Shown here piece by piece: positions 27,920 through 35,348 of a stretch of 35,348 nucleotides of DNA. Each line of letters opens with the position of its first letter. The first letter of the stretch is position 1. The translations under genes and the position numbers were made by a program. This stretch comes from an archaeon (GTDB lineage Archaea > AGJL01 > Methanococci > Methanococcales > Methanocaldococcaceae): positions 1 through 35,348 of the forward strand of contig JAJRSC010000027.1 of NCBI GenBank assembly GCA_024278985.1, read 5' to 3'. The notes beneath the pieces are model-generated. The model was given only the letters and a program-made list of their open reading frames with translations. It ran no database searches and was not told the DNA's origin.

Positions 27920-28924
27920 ATGTTCTGTCTAAAAATTAACAAAAAATTAGGAGAAAATGTAAGGAAAATTTTATTAAATTATGATTTACTAAGTAGAGAG
28001 TATAAGATAGAAACTGATGATAGTTATATATACTTTCCATTAAAATATGTAGATATGTATTTACTTAAGAATATTGTAAATTATGATTTTGAAATAGTTG
28101 AGAAAAACTTAAAAAAGATAGAGAGAAAAAAGAAAAAAAGTTTTAGAGAAATAATATTAGAAAAATATAAGGATTTAATTGAAAATAAGTTATTAGCTGT
28201 ATCTTATGACCAGATAGGAGATTTAATTATTTTACAAATAGATGATGAAGTTCCTAAGGAAATTAGGAAAGAAATTGGAAATTTAGCATATAAATTAATT
28301 CCATGTAAAGGTGTATTTAGAAAAAAAAGTGAAATAAAAGGAGATTATAGAGTTAGAGAGATTGAACATTTAGCAGGAGAGAATAGAACTCTAACAATTC
28401 ATAAAGAGAATAATTATAGGCTTTATGTTGATATAGCAAAGGTTTATTTTTCTCCAAGATTAGGATGGGAAAGAAAGAGAGTTGGAGAGTTGGTAAATTT
28501 AGATGATATTGTTGTTGATATGTTTGCTGGAGTAGGACCTTTTTCAATTGCCTGTAAGACTGCAAAAAAGATTTATGCAATTGATATTAATCCTTATGCT
28601 ATAGAACTGTTAAGGAAAAATATTGAGTTAAATAAGTTAAAACATAAAATTGTCCCAATACATTCTGATGTTAGGGAGGTAGATGTTGAAGGAACAAGGG
28701 TTATTATGAATCTACCAAAATATTCCCATCTTTTTATAGATAAAGCTCTTGAAATAGTAAAAAAAGGGGGAATTATTCATTATTATACAATTTCAGAATC
28801 TTTTGAAAAGGGAATTAAGCCCTTTGAAAATAAATGTAATTTTGAGATTCTAAATAAAAGAATAGTTAAGAGTTATGCACCAAGGGAGTATATAATTAGT
28901 TATGATATTAAGGTTTTAGAGTGA
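27920..28924 (+). CDS. trm5: tRNA (guanine37-N1)-methyltransferase Trm5
   Basis: 'SYDQIGD', 'TIHKENNY', 'KVYFSPRL', '[10 protein letters not shown]', 'IDINP', 'IMNLP'. Adjacent to rfcL, as recalled for MJ0883/0884. Confidence 0.93.
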   Translation: MFCLKINKKLGENVRKILLNYDLLSREYKIETDDSYIYFPLKYVDMYLLKNIVNYDFEIVEKNLKKIERKKKKSFREIILEKYKDLIENKLLAVSYDQIGDLIILQIDDEVPKEIRKEIGNLAYKLIPCKGVFRKKSEIKGDYRVREIEHLAGENRTLTIHKENNYRLYVDIAKVYFSPRLGWERKRVGELVNLDDIVVDMFAGVGPFSIACKTAKKIYAIDINPYAIELLRKNIELNKLKHKIVPIHSDVREVDVEGTRVIMNLPKYSHLFIDKALEIVKKGGIIHYYTISESFEKGIKPFENKCNFEILNKRIVKSYAPREYIISYDIKVLE

Positions 28925-28929
28925 TTTTT

Positions 28930-30384
28930 ATGTTAAATTGGATTGAGAAATATAGACCAAAGACATTGGATGAAGTTGTTGGGCATGAAAAGGTTAAAGA
29001 AAAACTTAAAAATTGGATAAAAAATTTCTTAGAGGGGAAAGGAGGAAAACCTATCTTATTGTATGGACCTCCAGGAGTTGGTAAAACAACCCTTGCATAT
29101 GCATTAGCTAATACTTATGGTTTTGATGTTATAGAACTAAATGCAAGTGATAGAAGAAATGCATCAGCAATAAAAAGAATTGTAGGACAGTCAGCAGTAT
29201 CTAAATCAATCTTAGGAAAAAGAACATTAATAATATTAGATGAAGTGGATGGAATATCTTCAAAAGAAGATACTGGAGGAGTTGGAGAATTAATAAAAAT
29301 AGCTAAAATAGCAAAGAATCCAATTATAATGACAGCTAATGATGCCTATGCCCCAGTATTAAAAAATCTCTTAAATTATGTTGATGTTGTAGAATTAAAA
29401 CCACTATCTTCAAGAGATATATATAAGGTTCTAAAAAAAATAGCTGAGAAGGAAAATTTAAATGTAGATGATAAAACTTTAAGAGCAATTGCAAACCACT
29501 CAGCAGGAGATTTAAGAAGTGCAATAAATGATTTAGAAGCATTAGCATTATCTGATGATTTACATTATGAATCTGTCCAGAAACTTCCAGATAGGAATAG
29601 AGAAAAAAATATTTTTGATGCATTGAGAATTATTTTAAAAACTACAAACTATGGAATTGCTACAACTGCATTAATGAATGTTGATGAAACTCCTGATATT
29701 GTTGAGGAGTGGCTTGCTGAAAATATTCCATATGAATGTGAAAATTTGGAAGAGGTTGCTAAGGCCTATGATTATTTATCTAAAGCTGATAGATTTTTAG
29801 GTAGAGCAGTAAAAACACAAAATTATAGTTTTTGGAAATATGCAACCAACTTAATGACTGCTGGAGTGGCATTATCTAAGAAACAAAAATATAGAAAATG
29901 GACTCCATATAAATATCCTAAAATATTTAGATTATTAACAGTAACAAAATCTGAAAGAGAATTAATAAATAAGGTTTTAAAAAAGATTGCAGAAAAAACA
30001 CATTCTTCAAAAAAAAGGGCAAGATTTGATTTAAATATGCTAAAAATTATTAGTATTGATAACCCAAAAAAAGCTGCTGAACTATGTATCTTTTTTGAAT
30101 TAACTGAGGATGAAATAGAAAAACTATTTGGAAAAAATTTATTAAAGTTAGTTAAGCAAATAAAAAAAGAAGAGAAAAAAATAAAAAAAGAAATTAAAAA
30201 AGAAGAAAAAAAGGAAGAAAAAAATATTACTTATGAAAAAGTAAAAGAAGAAAAAGATAAAAAGAGAAAAGAAGAAGAGGAAAAAGCTAACAAAGAAAAG
30301 AAGAAAGAGAAAAAAACAAAAGATAAAGAAAAAGAAAAAAAGAAAGATAAAGCTAAACAATTAACATTAGACAGCTTCTTTTAA
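28930..30384 (+). CDS. rfcL: Replication factor C large subunit
   Basis: 'WIEKYRPK', Walker A GPPGVGKT, 'ELNASD', 'LDEVDG', '[10 protein letters not shown]'. K/E-rich tail ending in PIP box QLTLDSFF. Confidence 0.97.
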   Translation: MLNWIEKYRPKTLDEVVGHEKVKEKLKNWIKNFLEGKGGKPILLYGPPGVGKTTLAYALANTYGFDVIELNASDRRNASAIKRIVGQSAVSKSILGKRTLIILDEVDGISSKEDTGGVGELIKIAKIAKNPIIMTANDAYAPVLKNLLNYVDVVELKPLSSRDIYKVLKKIAEKENLNVDDKTLRAIANHSAGDLRSAINDLEALALSDDLHYESVQKLPDRNREKNIFDALRIILKTTNYGIATTALMNVDETPDIVEEWLAENIPYECENLEEVAKAYDYLSKADRFLGRAVKTQNYSFWKYATNLMTAGVALSKKQKYRKWTPYKYPKIFRLLTVTKSERELINKVLKKIAEKTHSSKKRARFDLNMLKIISIDNPKKAAELCIFFELTEDEIEKLFGKNLLKLVKQIKKEEKKIKKEIKKEEKKEEKNITYEKVKEEKDKKRKEEEEKANKEKKKEKKTKDKEKEKKKDKAKQLTLDSFF

Positions 30385-30493
30385 AATCATTTCTTTGTTT
30401 TGGATAAAAAAGAATATAAAAAACCTATAAGGAGAAAGGTTTTAATTAAATTAAATAATTTAATTTATAATTTTATCTGTGGAGTGTGTTAAT

Positions 30494-31009
30494 ATGTATT
30501 TAAATAAATTTCTGGAGTTGTTAAAAGGAGACAGCAACTATAAAGTATTAAGTGAACATGTAAAAAAATTAGATGATTTTATAGTAAATGTTATTATTGA
30601 AAGACTAAAAATATATGATGAAATTGTAAATAAATATAAGCCAAAGGTTAGGCCAGCTCTTGACCCATATGTGGCAAGTGAGTTGGGAATATATAGGAGA
30701 TTAGATGATTGGGAATTAGGAAAATTTTTAGGTTATCCTGAGTGTTGTATTAAATCATTTATTTCTGGTAGAGTAGTTATAGATAATGAACATTTAAAAG
30801 AAGTTGAGAATATTGATAAAAAGGTTGTTTTAACTGCTGGTTTTATTCCATGCTCATTAAAATGTAAAGAAGCTATAAAAAATGGATTAATTGGATATTT
30901 AGATGATGAAGATTTTAAAATAATAATAAAAGTTAATGAAGAACTAAAAAAGGCTTTACCTCATTATCATATATTTTATCCTGACTATTATGAGATAATT
31001 AAAGAGTGA
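30494..31009 (+). CDS. DUF483 domain protein
   Basis: 'VRPALDPYVASELG', 'GKFLGYPECCIKSF', 'FIPCSLKC'. Confidence 0.8.
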   Translation: MYLNKFLELLKGDSNYKVLSEHVKKLDDFIVNVIIERLKIYDEIVNKYKPKVRPALDPYVASELGIYRRLDDWELGKFLGYPECCIKSFISGRVVIDNEHLKEVENIDKKVVLTAGFIPCSLKCKEAIKNGLIGYLDDEDFKIIIKVNEELKKALPHYHIFYPDYYEIIKE

Positions 31010-31015
31010 TACTAT

Positions 31016-31819
31016 ATGGATATTTTGAATGCAATTTATAATTTTATATATAAATACTATATACTACCTGCTGAAACTGGGAGTGGTTATAATATAGTTC
31101 AGGAAATTACTTATGGAATTATATTAGCTTTTGCTCTTTATCTATTTTATAAAGGATTAAAGAGGTTAAATATAGATATTGATGAAAAATTTGCTATTCC
31201 TTCCATAGTTTTTGCAGTGTTAATAGCATTACTAAGGGCTTTAGTAGATTTGGGATATATTGAAAGGAGTTTTTTAACAATAACTCCAGGAATTATATTT
31301 TTAGTAGGTGGCTTTTTTATAATAACTATATTAATATCAGGATATTTTTTTAAAAAAAATTACTATAAAATAGCCAGTATAATTGGAGGGATTCCTTTAT
31401 TTTATTTTTTTATAATTTTTATTCAGCATATTCATCATATTGAAGCATTATTCTATTTTTTGATAATTTTTTTAATATCATTTGGGATTACATTACTAAT
31501 AAATAAAAGGTTTAATATCCTTAAAAGTAGGTTGGATTATTTAGTAGTTTTAGGTCAGTTGGTTGATGGCTCTGCTACAACTGTTGGAATTGCCTTTTAT
31601 AACTATTGGGAACAACATCCTATTCCAAGATTTTTAATGGAACACTTTACACCATTTTCTTTTATTTTAGTTAAACTAACTATAGTTTTAGCCATACTAT
31701 ATATCTTAAATAAAGAAAAAGATAAAGATGACTTAATAAATATTATTAAGCTTGCAATTATGGCTCTTGGATTAGCTCCTGGATTGAGAGACTTATTTAG
31801 GATAATTATGGGAACTTAG
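31016..31819 (+). CDS. DUF63 family membrane protein
   Basis: '[11 protein letters not shown]', 'RALVD', 'ITPGI', 'QLVDGSAT', 'YWEQHPIP', 'LGLAPGLRD'. Confidence 0.88.
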   Translation: MDILNAIYNFIYKYYILPAETGSGYNIVQEITYGIILAFALYLFYKGLKRLNIDIDEKFAIPSIVFAVLIALLRALVDLGYIERSFLTITPGIIFLVGGFFIITILISGYFFKKNYYKIASIIGGIPLFYFFIIFIQHIHHIEALFYFLIIFLISFGITLLINKRFNILKSRLDYLVVLGQLVDGSATTVGIAFYNYWEQHPIPRFLMEHFTPFSFILVKLTIVLAILYILNKEKDKDDLINIIKLAIMALGLAPGLRDLFRIIMGT

Positions 31820-32464
31820 TAAAATTATTTTTTCAACTACCTTATTTATATATTTATTTAAAAGTTCTTTTCCTAAGTTTTCATCTATCCTGACACCTTC
31901 TTTTTCTACTTTTTGAGCTTCCCTATCTATATCTTTGTTAATTTTTCTTGCCTCCTTAAATCCAATAAATCCAACCTCAGGACATTTTAAATGTTCTTCA
32001 ATATCTCCCTTAACAATCCCTAAAACCTTACCTATTGAAACCTCTTCAGTTGATGCATGAGTTAATGGAAAAGACATAAAATAAATTTTTATATTTAAAT
32101 TATTTTCTAAAGTTTTAAGATAGTTCTCAACTATTAAATTACCTCCATGACAGTTAACAATAATAACCTTCTCAATACCTATTTTTTTAGCCCAGGATAA
32201 TATAAATTTTAGATAATCAATAATATCCTCAGGTTGGTTATGAATACCATGCTTTATATAGTTAAATTCAGTTGAAGGAATAACAACACCTAAAAATTTA
32301 GCCCCTGTTAATAGGCATGATTTTAGGGAGATATAGGAGGCAATTTTAATATCTGTATCTATTGGTAGGAGAGTGCCATGATTTTCCAAAAAAGAGCCTA
32401 ATGCAACAACACCAATTTTATGGACATTCTCATTTATAACATTTCCAGAGTTTAATCTCAACAA
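31793..32464 (-). CDS. arfB: 2-amino-5-formylamino-6-ribosylaminopyrimidin-4(3H)-one 5'-monophosphate deformylase (creatininase family)
   Basis: 'LRLNSGNV', 'GSFLENHG...PIDTDIKIA', 'HGIHN', 'VNCHGGN', 'THASTEE', matching MJ0116. TTG start after GGTGAT (the ORF track starts at 32473). Confidence 0.92.
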   Translation of the reverse strand: MLRLNSGNVINENVHKIGVVALGSFLENHGTLLPIDTDIKIASYISLKSCLLTGAKFLGVVIPSTEFNYIKHGIHNQPEDIIDYLKFILSWAKKIGIEKVIIVNCHGGNLIVENYLKTLENNLNIKIYFMSFPLTHASTEEVSIGKVLGIVKGDIEEHLKCPEVGFIGFKEARKINKDIDREAQKVEKEGVRIDENLGKELLNKYINKVVEKIILLSSHNYPK

Positions 32465-32491
32465 AAAAATCACCTATACAAGGGTTATATA

Positions 32492-33795
32492 ATGAAAAAT
32501 ATAGCCATTATCTACCCAAATAAATTTAAAGCAGGAATATCATGCTTAGCAGTTCATATATTACCAGTCCATTTATCTAACTTAGGATATAAAAATATTA
32601 ACGTCTATTTTTTAGAGAATTATCAACAAATTAAAAATTTTGATGCAATATTTATAACTTTACAGTATGAATTAGACTATTTTAATGCTATAAAAATTAT
32701 AAAAGATTTAAAGCCAAAAAATCCAAATGCTATTTTTGTTGGAGGGGGACCATGTGCTATATCTAATCCCTATCCACTAATTAATATTTTTGATGCCTTT
32801 ATAGTTGGAGAAATTGAAAATTCAGAAGTTATGAGAGAAGTTATAGAAAAAAATTTTGATGTTGATGGAGTTTTAACAAATAATAAAAATAGTGTTAAAA
32901 GAATATATCCAAAAAAATTAGGTATTGAAGATTATCCAATATATCAACCAACATATAAAGAATCTGCCTATGGAGAAGCATTTTTATTAGAGTTGGGGAG
33001 AGGTTGCCCAAGAAGATGTAAATTTTGCTTAGCAAGAGTTATTTATTATCCACCAAGATTTAGGAAGTTGGAAGATTTGATATATTTAGCAGATAGAGGG
33101 ATAGAGATTAATAAAGTTAATAAAGTTGCATTAATATCCCCATCTGTTGGAGATTATAAATATATTCATGAACTTTTAGAATATCTAACAAATAAAGGAG
33201 TTCAAGTTTCCCCCTCTTCATTGAGAGCAGATACTATAACAGAAGATTTATTAAGAATGATTAAGCCAAAAACTTTAACAATAGCTCCAGAAGCAGGGAG
33301 TGAAGAATTGAGAGAGTTTATAAAAAAAGATATCTCTGAGGAAGATATATTTAATGCAGTTGAATTAGCCAAAAAGCATAATGTTAAAAAAATTAAATTA
33401 TATTTTATGGTAGGATTGCCAAATGAAACAGAGGAGGATATAAAAGAAATTATAAATTTAACAAACAAAATTAAAAGAGAAATTAAGCAAGTAGAAGTTT
33501 CAATAAATCCATTCATTCCCAAACCACATACTGAGTTTGAAAATGAGATTTTTGATTTAACATCTAAAAATAAACTAAAATATATAAAAAAAGAACTTAA
33601 AAATGTTAAGGTTGAAATGGAAAACTTTAATTCAATGCTTTGCCAGGCAATTTTATCAAGAGGAGATAATAAATTAGGAAGTTATTTATACAATTCTAAA
33701 AATTACTCAGAGTTTTTAAGACTATTAAAGAAGGATAATATTTTAGAATATTATTTAAATCCAGAAAATAAGCCATGGAAAAAAATAAAAGTGAG

Positions 33796-33799
<4 letters not shown>
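32492..33799 (+). CDS. Radical SAM protein with B12-binding-like N-terminus, function unknown
   Basis: 'GGGPC...NP', '[13 protein letters not shown]', 'SSLRAD', 'TIAPEAGSE', '[12 protein letters not shown]', 'FIPKPHT'. Confidence 0.88.
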
Positions 33800-35057
<1,258 letters not shown>

Positions 35058-35199
35058 TTAATCTCTCCCTCAGTAATTTATAGAGATTTTATACACATAA
35101 TTGTAATATATATACTTTACTTTTAGTATTTAATCTAATTTTATTAAATATATAAGTATTATGATTTATTTAAAGGAGAATTAATATATATTTATCACG

Positions 35200-35348
35200 C
35201 TAAAAATTTTTTATTTTTAGTTTAGAGGAATTTAATCGGTTATTTTTCGATTTTAAGGATTTTTATCAATTTTCTAAGGGTCGCGTATTTTAATTATTTT
35301 AAATATTTGGATGTAATGAATTATCGAGATTTTTAAAAGATTTTAGCT
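35200..35348 (+). repeat. Probable 5' part of a second CRISPR leader (Methanocaldococcus long-repeat-like element), truncated by the window end
   Basis: Non-coding 'TTTATCAATTTTCTAAGGGT...AAATATTTG...TGAATTAT..AGATTTTTAAAA' resembles, from memory, the long repeat preceding M. jannaschii arrays. It shares 26 bp exactly with 14609-14634. The left boundary is approximate. Confidence 0.6.

Noticed and set aside
30148-30360. Phe-rich minus-strand ORF and purine-rich low-complexity tract
   Set aside because: It is the antisense shadow of the Lys/Glu-rich RfcL linker before the PIP box, a normal feature of archaeal RfcL.
8812-30384. Inteins in the GATase subunit, Elp3 or RfcL (inteins are common in Methanocaldococcus)
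   Set aside because: Protein lengths are normal and no intein splice-junction or LAGLIDADG motifs were seen.

Overview
A low-GC archaeal chromosomal segment from a hyperthermophilic Methanococcales methanogen. The CRISPR repeat type, methanogen-type SerRS, Hfq and ArfB point to a Methanocaldococcus-like organism; the species cannot be determined from the sequence alone. The window opens with the 3' end of a CRISPR leader and a cas-less array of 21 repeats and 20 spacers (91-1474). A compact housekeeping block follows: pstCAB with two phoU copies (one frameshifted), pheT, a CBS protein, a TET peptidase, a four-gene split glutamate synthase with an FrhB-like subunit, mtaB, HIT, an MJ0865-type B12 radical SAM enzyme, a TIM-barrel protein, a histone, a THUMP-FtsJ methyltransferase, hycI, ehbL, DUF357, tRNA-Leu(GAG), a FIST-wHTH protein, elp3 (frameshifted), serS, feoAB, trm5, rfcL, DUF483, DUF63, arfB, a radical SAM protein, an nth-DUF123 fusion and hfq. 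The window ends in what looks like the 5' part of a second CRISPR leader. The most notable observations are: (i) spacers whose translations hit DUF2341-like motifs, and a near-newest/oldest spacer pair that appears to target the same homologous site; (ii) an intergenic element at 14.6-14.7 kb combining an exact 26-bp copy of the leader-like sequence with a strand-specific GA-GCGAAGC-GA hairpin; (iii) a putative F420-dependent glutamate synthase; (iv) a FIST-wHTH one-component regulator; (v) hycI lacking a canonical start codon. Several homopolymer frameshifts may be sequencing errors. Family names and M. jannaschii (MJ) locus comparisons come from motif recognition and memory, not from database searches.
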